In this document: positions 26,140-38,890 of the stretch, piece by piece
How positions within the stretch are numbered: position 1 is the first letter of the stretch
Layout: each line of letters opens with the position of its first letter
Translations under genes and position numbers: made by a program
Source of the DNA: Octopus bimaculoides
Lineage: Eukaryota
Length of the DNA stretch: 64,000 nucleotides
Direction of reading: 5' to 3'
Assembly (NCBI RefSeq): GCF_001194135.2
Contig: NC_068989.1
Span: 48,865,783 to 48,929,782, forward strand
The notes under the pieces: generated by a model
The model's database searches: none
The model's input: only the letters and a program-made list of their open reading frames with translations
Told to the model about the DNA's origin: nothing

Positions 26140-26900
26140 ATGGTTTGAAATTTTGGCACAGAGCCAGCAAGTTCAGGAGTGGGGGTAAATCGATTATGTC
26201 ATCGATTCCTGTACTTTACTGGTATTTATTTTATTGACCCCTAAATGATGGAAGGCAAAGTTGACCTCAGTGGGGTTTGAACTCAGAATGTAAAGACAGG
26301 TGAAATGCTAAGCATTTTGCTCAGTGTGTTAACAATTCTACCAGCTCACTGCCCCAATAACATTAACAATAATTTCATATTTTTGCCACAAGCACGGCTT
26401 GTGGAAGGGGATTAAGTTGATTACATCGATTCCAGTATGTAACTGTTACTTATTTAATCAACTTTGAAAGGATGAAAGGCAAAGTCAACCTTGGTGGAAT
26501 TTGAACTCAGAAAGTAGCAGCAGACGAAATACCACTAAGCATTTCACCTGGCAAACTAACGATTCTGCCAGTTTACCACCTTAATAACAATAATAATGGT
26601 TTCTGATTTAGGGCAGAAATTTTGAAAGGAAGTGGGGTTCAATCATTTACATTGACCTGTAGTATGTAACTGACACTTTATTTCATTAATCGATGAAGGA
26701 TGAAAGGCATTGTTGACTGTGGTGAAATTTGAGCTTAGAACAAAAGAGCTAGAAGAGATACCAAAAAAACATTTTTTCCAGTGTTCTGCTGATTCTATTA
26801 AATCACTGTTAGACACAAGGCCTGAAATTCTGGAGGATGGATTTAGTCAGTTAAGCTGACATTAGTACTTGACCAGTATTTTACTTTGTCAAACTCCAGA
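26140..26900 (-). mobile_element. Head-to-tail cluster of 3-4 SINE family A copies
   Basis: Copies at about 26140-26355, 26378-26582, 26597-26765 and partial 26815-26900, joined by AAT/AAC linkers. Confidence 0.8.
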
Positions 26901-26939
26901 GGAACTCCTTGGTCTTACCAGTCAGAAAATTTACCATCA

Positions 26940-27400
26940 GAACTCAGTTTACTAAAATTAACAAACTACATCCATGTCTCCTGAATATCTCACAGACATG
27001 CTGCACGTTCCATGCACAATGCCTTTTCCCTTTCCGAAACAGCTAAATTGTGGAATAAATTCTCTTCTAATTGTTTTCCTGCAGAATAACAATCAAATTT
27101 GTGTTAACAAATTTCTTTCCTAATGTTGGCAGTTTCCTTCACTTTAAGATTTCTATTGATTGTTTTATTACCCTCCCTTTTAATTTAATTTTATTAGCTC
27201 CTTTATTGTGATGTCATTTACCCCCATTTTATAGCTGTCAGTTTTTTTTTTATCTGTTATTTTATTATCATCTCATTCATCAAAATTTTTTATTGCTATC
27301 TTTTATTTGCTTCTTAAATATATGTGTATAGAAGTCGTAATAGGACTTCTACTTTACCCTAATCTTTTACCAAGAAGTGGCCTATGAGTATTGCTTCAGA
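26940..27400 (+). mobile_element. CR1/L2-like LINE 3' remnant
   Basis: SLSETAKLWNKFSSNCFPAE* resembles the R..KLWN.LP..FP C-terminus of CR1/L2/Jockey-group ORF2. Confidence 0.5.
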
Positions 27401-27859
27401 TGATTTTAAGGAAACTTCATTTTCAAATGTGATTATAGTTATGTTTTTATCAATTAAACCACATGCATTAATACATGAGCCAGTAGCTTAGCAAATAAAG
27501 ACTTTACTACACTCTAACCCACTGATTCATAATTCAATGGTTTCTTTTATTTGTTGCAAGTTCTATGATGTTGGCAATGATACAAAGGAAAAATACAAAA
27601 GGAAATAATAAACAAAAAAAGGGGATCATCACCTTGTACAAAAAAAGCGGCATTGAAAAAATGAAGGCACATTAATAAATGGATAATTGTGGTTTCTATT
27701 TTAGGCACAAGGCCAGTAATTTTGAAGAGGAAGAGGCAACTTGATTTCATTGATTTCAATATTTAACTGATACTTTACCTTATTGAATCTGGAGGATTGA
27801 AAGCAAAGTTAACCTTAGTGAGATTTGAAATCAATAAAAGGTTACAACAAACATTATAA

Positions 27860-29880
27860 TGTTTTTTTATTCAATGCTCCAATGATTCAAGCAATCTGGT
27901 ACCTTCGAGAAACAGATAATAACAAATAAAATAAAGGTGGAGAAACCACACCAGGCAATTTAGGGTGTCCCATGTATTGCTTCAGATTACCCTGGTATAC
28001 CAAAAGCAAATCCTTGAAGAGCCATTTAGCCACACCAATACACCTTTCGAAACATTTATTGGAGAGTAGCTCATTCATTTCTTACCTTACCTTTCTGGTT
28101 GTTAGCCTGAGAAAAAAAACTCTCTCTTCAAATATTTCAACAAAGTCCACCACACAACTTCTTTTACCATAGCAACTAGATTAGAAAGACAACTGAAAGA
28201 AGATGCTAGGTTGCTTTTCACCAAACTTAGTTGATAACCAGATCTATCCTGCATGAAGTAATAACTATTTGATATAAACCCACAAATTGGCAATGCATAA
28301 TCACTAAATGAGTGCACACTAAATGATTTTGCATTCTCATCACACTGGGTGTACCACAGAATAATTCAGTAGCTGGTGATTCCAACAAAGTAGACACATC
28401 TGGACAGTTTATCCTGAACAGACAAAACTTCTCCCTAACATTGCCAGACTAAGGACTTTTGGAAGTAGGCGACAGGCCTCTGGAAGAAACTGTAATAGAC
28501 TACTAAAACTGTATGTGTTAATGTCTAAAATTGCACTTACGCTAATGTTGTTCATATTCTCCACTAACTATCAATGGAATGCAAGGGTTAACTTGTTGCC
28601 AATGGGCCATATGATAGAGTGTAGTGAAAGCTTGACAATATTCCAAATGCCTATGGTCCTACTTGGTCTGCACTTCATCCAGAATTGTAGCTTGGTCAAA
28701 AAGATAAATTGTGAAAAGATATGTTATACGACTACCCTTGCTCCCCTGCTTTTTTAGTTCAGGAATCACTGCAATGTATCAGCCTCAGCACATGTCTATG
28801 CATCATTAGCCATGGCACTCTGAGAAGCTTGAAGAAAGTGTTGGCAGTCGAAGGACAACTAGATCAATAGAAACTGTTCATTCCATTAAAGCTGCACAAA
28901 CAATTGCTCTAATCCATTCAGATTTTACCTGGGACAATGCAGTAGGATACCACTGGCTAACTACTTCTGTTTTAAAAGACAGCTTCCTCTCAGACTATTT
29001 TTAAGTGAAACTAGCAACCTTGCTTGTAACTTACTTCCAATTTTTATCCACCTGAATGTCTGGTCCAGAATGAATATTAAGCACCTTAAGTCGCCTTTGG
29101 TCCAGTGACAGAAGCTTCTATACAGCATGGACTTGCCTTTCCAAGTGCTAAGCTGAAAGCCCACTAATACTGGTTAATGCAAGTTGTGTGGTGGATTCTG
29201 TTGAAATATTTGAAGAGAGAGTTTTTCTTCTCAGGCCAAACCTTTATCAACTTCAAGTAACAACCAGAAAAATAAGGGAAGAAATGGATGTACTGCTCTC
29301 CAATAAATGTTTTGAAAGGTGTGATTTTCACCACTGTGTCCTATTTCAATTAGAACGCTTCTCAATGTCTCCAACCTCTCCAGCAAAGGTTCCAACATAA
29401 ATCCATGCAGAAGGTATGAAATGGAGTACCTTTGGTAGATTAAGTATATGATATGAAAGGATTTTGATGGGTGGCCAAACAGATGCTGCTGTACATTGTA
29501 GCAATCCAATGTCAGATGATTAAATTGAGGCTGGCTATGCTTAGGATAGCTGCCAGATAGTACAGGCTAAACAGGTCATATGTTTGAGGCTAATCAAAAC
29601 CAATCAGACTGCACTGAAGTTAGACCTAGTAATGACTTATTCTTGAATGTATCATATGAAATAGAGATTACTGTAGACATATTGGCTGCTAATTGTACGA
29701 ATTTGTGCATTTCTGACTAAATTATAGTCTACAAACAGCATCGACCTCTTAGCAGGCTCCTTTGCTAAAATCTTTAACTCTGTGTTGAGGAGAGTTATGG
29801 GTATAAACACCTTTTTATATTTGTCACAAGAACACTGAGTGAAAGTCAATAACAACACTTACACAATTTTGAAGAAATAA
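27860..29880 (-). mobile_element. Decayed L1/Tx1-like LINE ORF2 with internal inverted insertion
   Basis: Minus frames give IPITLLNTELKILAK, LEPLLERLE, LSTWKGKSM, GPDIQVDKNW..VTSKVA..SERKLSFK and LLSNKCFERC; multiple stops and frameshifts. Confidence 0.85.
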
Positions 29881-30645
29881 ATACTGTATATTACTGTGAA
29901 ATGAAACAGTTAAATATTGTTAAGAGTGGTGAAGTTCTTTCTTATGGAACTTGGGGAGTTATTTAATGGCTACAGCAGTAGATAGCGTTGGTGCTGCAAT
30001 TGGTAGAGAAGAAGGAGGAAGAAGAGGGCTGAGAAAGCAGGCGTGTGACTTCTACTGGAAAGAAGCCAGCAGATTCTTGGCAACCTAAATTGCTGCTATT
30101 TTAAGAAAGTGGAATCCACAGAAAAGATGAATGGTAAAATAAATATTCTTTCTTGAAATATTCAATAGTTCTAGAGTGTTGGAACATTTATGGCTTTTTA
30201 TTTAAATAAACACATCAGATCCGGCTTGTTTGAATGGACAACTGAATGAAGGAGGAACAAACATTCTGTAGTGAGAGAAGTTTAGTTTAGATGTAGTAAT
30301 AGTTGAAAATAGATAAGTCTTTCTCCCAGGGGCAGGCAATGATAAGATATCCGATAAATACAATGGAGTTCATTGACAGAATAATGTCGAATGTATAATT
30401 TATGGCAGGAAATTAGAGAGAGATAGAGATAGAGAGAGAGGAAGTGATATAAGAAAATGAGAGAAAATTCCTGTAGTGACATAAAAAGAGGAATCAAAAA
30501 AGAGAGAGAATATTTGGTACATAGAAAAGAGTGTGTATGAGTAGGAACATAAGAGATACACAGAAGAAGACAAAGCAGAAATAAAAGAAAAAAAATTAGG
30601 GGAAAGATAAAAGAGTACATACACATACACACACATGCGTGTGTG

Positions 30646-30746
<101 letters not shown>

Positions 30747-33114
30747 AGCTGTAAAAGACAGAAGTGCAAAATTCAGAGCAGCAATAGAGTGAATTCTCAG
30801 CTCCAAATGTGTGTGTATGTGTGTGTACCTCTGTGTGTGCATACACATGTGCATGTGTGTATGTTGTTTCTTATTTTCAAACCACAAGTGGAAACAGATT
30901 TTGTTCTTGGGAATGTCATTTTGTCAATAAAAATACACTGCTGTAATTCACTGCATTAGTGACTTGTTGATTTGTCAATGCCCTTTATTACATCCCTGAA
31001 GACATAAATGTGATGGTTTCCTAACATCTTTTATTACACCTCTGTAGACTTGTCAGTGAACATATTAAAACACCTACATGGGGTATAGAGAAAGATTTTG
31101 ATTAAAGTCATTAATTAATAAAGAAGTGAACTGTAACCATTGAATGCATTTTATGTTAGGGTAACCCTTCAAAACTGTGCAAGTCTGTGATTTCAGGTTC
31201 AGTCTCACAAGTGCAGTCCATTGGCAAGCATCTTCTTCTCGGGCCTTTGGCAGGTCAATGTCTTGTAAATGGAATTGTAAGGCTCAGAGTTCATGTGTGT
31301 GCATGGTTGCACATGAATGTTTACATTTTGCAATGTCTTTGCATGAAATTACTTGAGCAAAAGCAACGATGTTATGTTCGCAATTCCCTATCAACAAACC
31401 AACCTGAGGATCAGCACTTTTGAAAACAAGTGGAATAAAATCTGCTTACTTAAAAATCAGGTAAGGTTTAGAGACAATAGGAACATCTAATTAAAAAAAC
31501 AATGCCTTAATAATATGTCTTTGTCCAAGCTACCTACATTAGTAAAGAAAAATGAACATTAAATGAACAAGCAAATACACACACTAAGTAGAAAGCAGTG
31601 TATAATAATGATGGATAATGCTAAGTGTTATTGCTATCAGAATAAGTAAACTATGTTATTGCTATATTCTCAGTTTATAAGCTGGTTCGAGTTATTAACA
31701 TGTTCTCCTTGGATAACAATAACTTATAAGTTAACTGTTGTGCGAGAGTTCAATGTCCCCTGGTGAGAATGGACTGGATCACTACATATAGATAGTAGCC
31801 ATCTGAGTAAGTGTGATAGTTTGTACTAGTTCCACAGTTCGTGTGTTAATAGTTCAAAGTTTACAGTTCGAGTTAGCATGTTGGATTGTTGGCTCTAAAA
31901 AGATTGTTGTTACGTTCCATGTGGTTATAACTGTTTGTTTCAATTATATTGTTATTACACTGTTGCAGTATATTTGTTCATAACATTAACATAAGCCACT
32001 TACTGTAAAAATGATTACAATAAGTGACTTCTACTCTGTGTGTGTGTTTGCGTGTATACTTATAAAAATGGAGAGAGAGAGAGAAATTATTTCGAACTTT
32101 GAGAAGTGTTCTTATCATACTTTATATCTGACCAAATATTTAAACACTCTACTACATACTTAATAATAACTATACTAACCTCTCACATTTCTTTTTATCT
32201 TTATCATTGCTCTTAACAAGAAGCCATTCTCACACTTGACACCTCTTAAAACAAGCAGCATACAACAAAAGCCCTGATGACTGCTCTAAATGTTAGACCT
32301 CTCTGTCATGGTAAAATACATTCTTAGCACGGTTAAGATTGCATCTTAATGACTGGTTCTTTTCTTCAGGGTCAGAAAATACTTTAGCTCTCCAACCACT
32401 ACAATAATTGACATTCTACAGAGCTTGGGGTGATGCCCACAAAAGAATATTAGTTCCACATTTGGTTGGTGCTGTTGCACATACACACCTCCTAGACCAC
32501 ATTCAGAAAAAAACAAAAAAAAACAAAACATTCAGCTGATTGGCAGTTTCCTTGGATTCCATTTTTACTTTTAACATAGTAAAATATATAAAAGTTTACC
32601 AAATATCCTACATCTTATCTAACCAGCATAAAGACTAAATCTATACTCTGTTCTTATAATTTAACCTACAATTTAACCTTCTAGTCTTGTTGCCTTTTAT
32701 TTTATATATAGATGTTAGCCCAGCTACCTTACAATTTATACATACTGCTTGCACTACCACCTCTGAGTCTGTACTTACTGATACTGCTATCACCCCTGTC
32801 AGTCCTCTCATCTCTATATCAATACTTACTGTTGGTCCTGTTTCCTTCAAGTCTATAATCACTGTTATATCTATATGTACTTTGATATCACTTCTCAATC
32901 CATACTTACTAAACCTAAAGTTAAAAAGTTAGCTGAATCCCTGAGAAGAGAAGAGAAGTGATTTTAAGCCAGCATTGGACACCTAAATCATTAATCTATT
33001 CTTTTTAACCTTATTTAATGCTTCATTACTGAATTTCTTCTATACTATTTCAAGTTCTGTACTTGATAGGTGAGAGATAGGGGTCTTTCAATGTCAAGTT
33101 CAAAATATAGCACA

Positions 33115-33565
33115 TCATCACCATTATCATTTAGTGTCTGTTTTTCATGCTGGCATGGGTTACACAGTTTGATCAGAACTGGTAAGCTGGAGAGCTGCAC
33201 CAAGCTGCAGTCTGTTTTGGCCTGGTTTCTACAGCTAGATGCCCTTCCTAATGCCAACCACTCCATAGAGTGTATTGGGTGTTTTTTATGTGCCACTGGC
33301 ATGAGTGCCTTTTACATATCAGCAGTACAGGTGCCTATAATGTGTTACTAGCAAGGATGCCTTTTAAGTGTCACTAGTATGGGTGCTTTCATATGTCACC
33401 AGCATGTGTGCCTTTTGTGTGTCACTAGAATTGGTGTCTTTTATATGTCACCAACATGTGTGCCTTTTGTGTGCCACTGGCATGGCAGCTTTTTATGTAT
33501 CACTGGCATGGGTGCTTTTTAAGTGTCACTAGCATGGGTACCTTTCATGTGTCACCGGCATTGGC
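33115..33565 (-). mobile_element. RTE-type 3' end / SINE with about 11 degenerate 26-bp tandem units
   Basis: Family motif at 33115-33300; then repeats of the type tcac(t/c)agcatg(g/t)gtgccttttgtgtg. Confidence 0.8.
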
Positions 33566-33892
33566 AACAGCTAACACCATTAGCAAATGTTAAAAACACA
33601 ATTCCTCAGTAACTGTAATTCTACAATAATCATTGTAACAACAAATTCTCTGCTATGTTCATGTTGTTCTTTTTTTTACCTTCTTGCTTTTTGCATTTCA
33701 GTTGTGAAATGACAGGCAGGATAACACATTCAAATACTACTATTACAACTCATGGGCAAAGACAATTGGTTCTACATTACCTCAGTTTATCCAACTGAAG
33801 AAAAGACTAATTATGTGAATGACTGCTTGCCTGAGCTAATATAATTTTATAGAAAAAAATGAATGTTATTATACGTTTAAAAACAGCAAATA

Positions 33893-34109
33893 TTGGTTTT
33901 AAATTTTGGCACAAGACCAGAAATTCCAGGGGAGGGGTTGAGTCAAATACATCAGCCGCAGCAATCAACTGGTACTTATTTTATCAACCCCAAAAGGATA
34001 AAAGGTGAAGCCAGCCTCAGCAGAATTTGAACTCAGAACATAAAGATGGACAAAATGCAACTAAACATTTCGCCTGATATGCTAATGATTCTGCCAGCTT
34101 GCAGCCTTA
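33893..34109 (-). mobile_element. SINE family A
   Basis: Similarity to 6041-6258. Confidence 0.85.
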
Positions 34110-35809
34110 AAAGCAGCAAATATCATCTCAATAAAGTACTCAATACAAGTGTAGAATCTAATTTTATAATAATTCTATTGACACTGACTTTATGTGTATG
34201 ACTACTTCAAACTATCATCCCTTATCAATTTACAATTGAATAGTTAATATTGAAAAAGTAGTAAAACCTACTTTAATTAATGAATTAGTAATTATCCTAA
34301 TTTTCTAAAATCAGTTTCCTACGTCCAGAAAAGAAATGCTAAAAAAAAAAAAAAAAAAAANNNNNNNNNNNNNNNNNNNNNNNNNNNAAGTAGCGAAAAA
34401 AAAAAAAAAAAGAAAGTACCGAAAAGAAAAAAAAAAAAAGAAATCTAAATTCAAAAGACTTAAAATTGTGAAATGTTTCACAAGATATTGAGTTAAAAAG
34501 TCTAATAAAAGCTTCTTTGATGTGTTTAAATTATATATAACACAATTAAGGCAATTACATTCATAAACAAACATTTATTTCTATCTTTTATTTCTGTATT
34601 ATAACAAACAAAACATTAAAAACAAGGGCAAATAAAAATAGATATAATAATGGTATTCCAGCATATCCTATAGAAGCCTTGAAAATTGCCTGCTTTCTTA
34701 TTCACAAACACAAACACACTGCGACCAATAGAATCATAATGGTCATGATCACCACCATGATCAATTGAAGCCAGTAACCTATACATCTATACTAAAAAAA
34801 AACAAAAAAAAACAAAACAAAGAAGAATGTATTTCCTTTTCATTTTAACCTCATCGACATCGGAATGCACAATAAATTGCTTGTTATTTGCTGGCTTCAT
34901 TAAACAATGTGAAAGGGTCATTATATTAACAATTCTTCTCTCTTTCCCATGTGTGTGTGTGTGTATAGTTATTGTACCTATGTATATAATGTTCCTTGGC
35001 ACATTTCTGGCTTTGATTAGTGAGAATAATTAATGTCATTAGTTTTGCATTAATAAATCAGAAACATGTGGTTTTGTGGTTTTTGGCATTCATCATTACT
35101 GATTTACACATGAGCACACATGCATGTGTATAACAGATTTATAAAGGAGTTTTAATTACGCACACACACATATGTAAATGTGCGTGTATATGCATATATA
35201 TATGTGTGTGTGTATGTCAGAATCAGCATCATATATACACATATATACTAATAGGCATATACATATATATTTGCATATATCTCATTTATAAACAAATACA
35301 AACAGAGAAACAGAAAATGATTTCATTTTAACATCCATTTTTCCATCTTTGCATAGCTTGGATGGAATTTTCAGGGCAGATTTTCTTTGGGTTGATGTCT
35401 TTCCTGTACCAATTTTTAGCTGCTATTTCAATATTTCTCTATGGCCTGACATGTGTTCAAGAAAATTGGAAATGAAAGATACCACTACATGAAATGACAT
35501 TCATTTAAAGCTATAATGTCATGTCAAGACAAGGGACAACAACTCAAACACATACACACTCACACAAAATGGGCTTCATTCAGTTTCTGTCTATCAGATC
35601 CACACATTAGGCTTTGGCCAACCTGGGGCTATAACAGAAGACACTTGCCAAAAGTGTCATGCAGTGGAACTGAACCCAGAACCATATGGTTGGGAAACAG
35701 GCTTCTTAACCACACAGTCATTCATGTGTGTGTGTGTGTATATATATGTGGATCATTGGCAATTTTTTTCCTCCGTCTTCCTTTTCTCTTGAACTTTCCT
35801 CCATCTCCT

Positions 35810-35844
35810 GTTTCTGACGAAGAGTTTTGCTCAAAACGTAAAAC
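35810..35844 (+). ncRNA. Degenerate minimal type I hammerhead ribozyme motif (Penelope-like), probably inactive
   Basis: GTTT-CTGACGA-A-GAG-ttttg-CTC-AAAAC-GTA-AAAC: stem I GTTT/AAAC, stem II GAG/CTC, palindromic ACGT stem III; the core GAAA reads AAAA. Confidence 0.55.
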
Positions 35845-36439
35845 TACCTTCCTTTCCTTCCTTCCCTGAATATCTGCTAGTACTTTGCATGTACCATGTC
35901 TTCGCATTCTTGTTTTTTTCTTGTATTTGTTCTTTGTTTTTTTTATTTACTATATGTGTGTGTGTGTGTGTGTGTGTGTGAAGAGAGAGAGAGAGAGAGA
36001 GAGAGATTTTAGCAACACAAACTTGTAAATACATCAATCTGAATGATTGCATACTTATAAATACACAAATCTTTAGAAATCACACAAACACATCAAATTT
36101 TTTTGCCTGAATGACCGTGTACATATTTCATCACTGTGTGAGTGTGTGTTTACAGGTATTTTGAAAATTTGCTCATGGAGGTGTTGACCATGCTCTTCTG
36201 CATAGTTACATGTTGCCCTTTGACAAGGTATAGCACCCATTCAACCACTCTGCCAGGACTGCAGCATGACAGATTGTGAAGAAGTAGTGGGAGAGCTCAA
36301 CTTCTTACACTGATGCTTAGCAGAGGAATCCTAAAAGATTAAGAGTCAGGATTACCAAGCTCTATCAGTGCATCCATTGAGGGGGTGTCCATGTTTGTGC
36401 TATCAGCTAATGAAAGATTCACAATGACTCAAGTTCTGT

Positions 36440-36920
36440 TTTTCTGTCACACTCTAACCTTTCATCATCTGATACATGATCACCTCCTCCAATGCCCCTT
36501 CCTCTATAGTAAGACACCGGTTTCCGTCACACTCAAACCTTTCATCATCTGACAGAAGATCCTCCACTCCAATGCCCCCGACCCCACTCAAAATTCCTTG
36601 TCTTTCAAGTTACTTGGTGACCCTACCAGTGCTGGAGCTATGTGAAAAGCATCCAGTCTACACTGTAAAGTGGTTGGCATTTGGAAGGGCATCCAGCTGT
36701 AAAAACCATGCCAAAACTGACCTCACCTGTGCTGGTGCCATGTATAAAGCACTCAGTTTGCTCTGTGGAGTGGTTGGTGTTAGGAAGTGCATTCAGCTGT
36801 AAAAACCCTGCCAAAATAGACACAGTAGCTTGGAGTAGTCTTCTACCTGGCCATCTCCAGGCAACTGTCCTACTCATGCATGCATGGAAGATGGATGTTA
36901 ACCAATGACGATGATGATGA
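36440..36920 (+). mobile_element. RTE-type 3' end / SINE with internal duplications
   Basis: The gtcacactc(t/a)aacctttcatcatctga block and the gtggttgg..gcat.cagctgtaaaaacc block each occur twice; (GAT)n tail. Confidence 0.8.
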
Positions 36921-37140
36921 TAGAGAGTCATGGGAATCTGCGAAAGCAGTGTGACCAATATTACATTGCATACACATACCAATTTCCTTTTATGTGCACA
37001 CAACAATTCATTTTATGCATGCAAACATTTTTATTTCGTATAATTTATATTGTTTATATTGAGGAAAATATAGACACATGCTCAATCATATGTGTATCAA
37101 CATTAGTCAAAAATGTTGACATGGGCAAAATTTCATATAC

Positions 37141-37272
<132 letters not shown>

Positions 37273-37879
37273 TCCGGTTTTGTTAAATATATACATATTA
37301 GACATACATATTGTTTGTATGTACATATACATATATATTTAACAAAACAGGAAACATTTTGGTATTATTCATCATTATGCATGTTTCATTTGCTAATAGG
37401 AATTACAAAGTTGTACATGTTAGATAGACATGTAAAGGAATTTCCTATTAGAAATTCTTCAGACATGCACACACACACACACATAGTTGAAATTTATAGA
37501 AAAGCAAAAAGACGAAGACAGGTGTTTGAACAAGTAAGTTAGTTTGATACTTGGGAAAATGAAAAAAGTCTTTTATGTTTTGAGCCTATGCTCTTCAACA
37601 GAAAAGAATAAGAGAAAATAAACAGAGAGAGAATGAAAAAACTTGTAGATTTAGTGGCTTAGCATGGCGAATATATATATATATATTTATATATATAACA
37701 GTTTAGCTAGGCGTAAATACACCTAGGGATATTATTTGTTTGTATAAGATATTTAAATTGAATTGAATTTATAGATGTTCAATTTATTGTTTTGCTTTGT
37801 TTTTCGATTTGATTTACACAGACACACACACACACACACATATATATTTACATATATATATATATATCAACATCACTAT

Positions 37880-38175
37880 CAAAATCAAAATCAAATCAAA
37901 TGAAAATTGTAGTGGCTTCTGCGCCAGTGGCATGTAAAAAGCACCATCCAATCAAGGTCAATGCCAGCTCCTCTGGCCCCTGTGCCGGTGACATGTAAAA
38001 AGCATCCATTACACTCTCGGAGTGGTTGGTGTTAGGAAAGGCATCCAGCTGGAGAAACACTGCCAGATCAGATTGGAAGCCTGGTGCAGCCTTCTGGCTT
38101 CCCAGACCCAGTCAAACTGTCCACCTCATGCCAGCATTGAAAATGGACGTTAAACGATGATGATGATGATGATGA
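37880..38175 (+). mobile_element. RTE-type 3' end / SINE
   Basis: Family motif and (GAT)n tail. Confidence 0.85.
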
Positions 38176-38419
38176 TATATATATNNNNNNNNNNNNNNNN
38201 NNNNNNNNNNNNNNNNNNNNNNNNNNNNNNNNNNNNNNNNNNNNNNNNNNNNNNNNNNNNNNNNNNNNNNNNNTATATATATATATATATGTATGTATGT
38301 ATGTACAGGTATGACTATATGATTGAGAAATTTGCAGCATTGGTGGATAAATGCCTACTACTATAATGTTGGGTTGACTAAAGCCTTGTGAGTAGCAGAT
38401 AGAGATGGAAAGAAACCTA

Positions 38420-38890
38420 TCAGGCTTTTATCACAGTTGGTAACTAAAAGTTACTCTCTCAGAGCAAAAGGCAGACAGTGTGATGTTTGTGAATGAAATG
38501 CAATCCAACATCATAGTGAGGCAAGAGCCCTGGATGCAGAATTGATAAAGACTAGAAAGAAAGAAATCTTGCATGCTCCATTGTAAATTTGCATAAATTA
38601 CTAATTACAAATGTGCCATGGGAAAAGTTGGGCATAAGAGAAATCAGATGTATTACACAAGAAAGACTATGCTGGTATGGACATATGATGTACATGGATG
38701 ATGATGGCATGTAAAGAAGTGTCAATCAGTAAATGTGGATGAAGCTTGTAAAAGTGGGAAACTCACCAAGACATGTGATGAAGTAGTGAAAGCTGATCTC
38801 AAGACTTTGAACCTCATGGAGAAGATGACTAAGGGTGTGGATGAGTGGCAATATGTAGTACTTGAGAAATCTTACTCATCTTGGTGTAAC
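38420..38890 (+). mobile_element. Heavily decayed RTE LINE C-terminal fragment
   Basis: Similar to 16840-17280 (ctggtatggacat..aagaagtgtc..gaagtagtgaaagctgatctc); another copy at about 52860-53070. Confidence 0.65.

Noticed and set aside
32274-32295. Second hammerhead-like remnant CTGATGA..TAAATGTTA.
   Set aside because: Two core positions are changed and there is no convincing stem I or stem II.
32641-32932. Overlapping 81-85 aa ORFs on both strands.
   Set aside because: Decayed Thr/Ser/Ile-rich low-complexity sequence without splice or homology support; 39173-39583 is similar.
33781-33794. Possible 14-nt minus-strand microexon (cttttcttcag / GTAATG).
   Set aside because: Introduces a stop in the phase required by the upstream candidate; no further support.
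36156-36227. Plus-strand 72-nt segment with splice-like ends (RYFENLLMEVLTMLFCIVTCCPLTR).
   Set aside because: No homology recognised, the 3' part resembles repeat-derived sequence, and it is opposite to the better-supported minus-strand exons.
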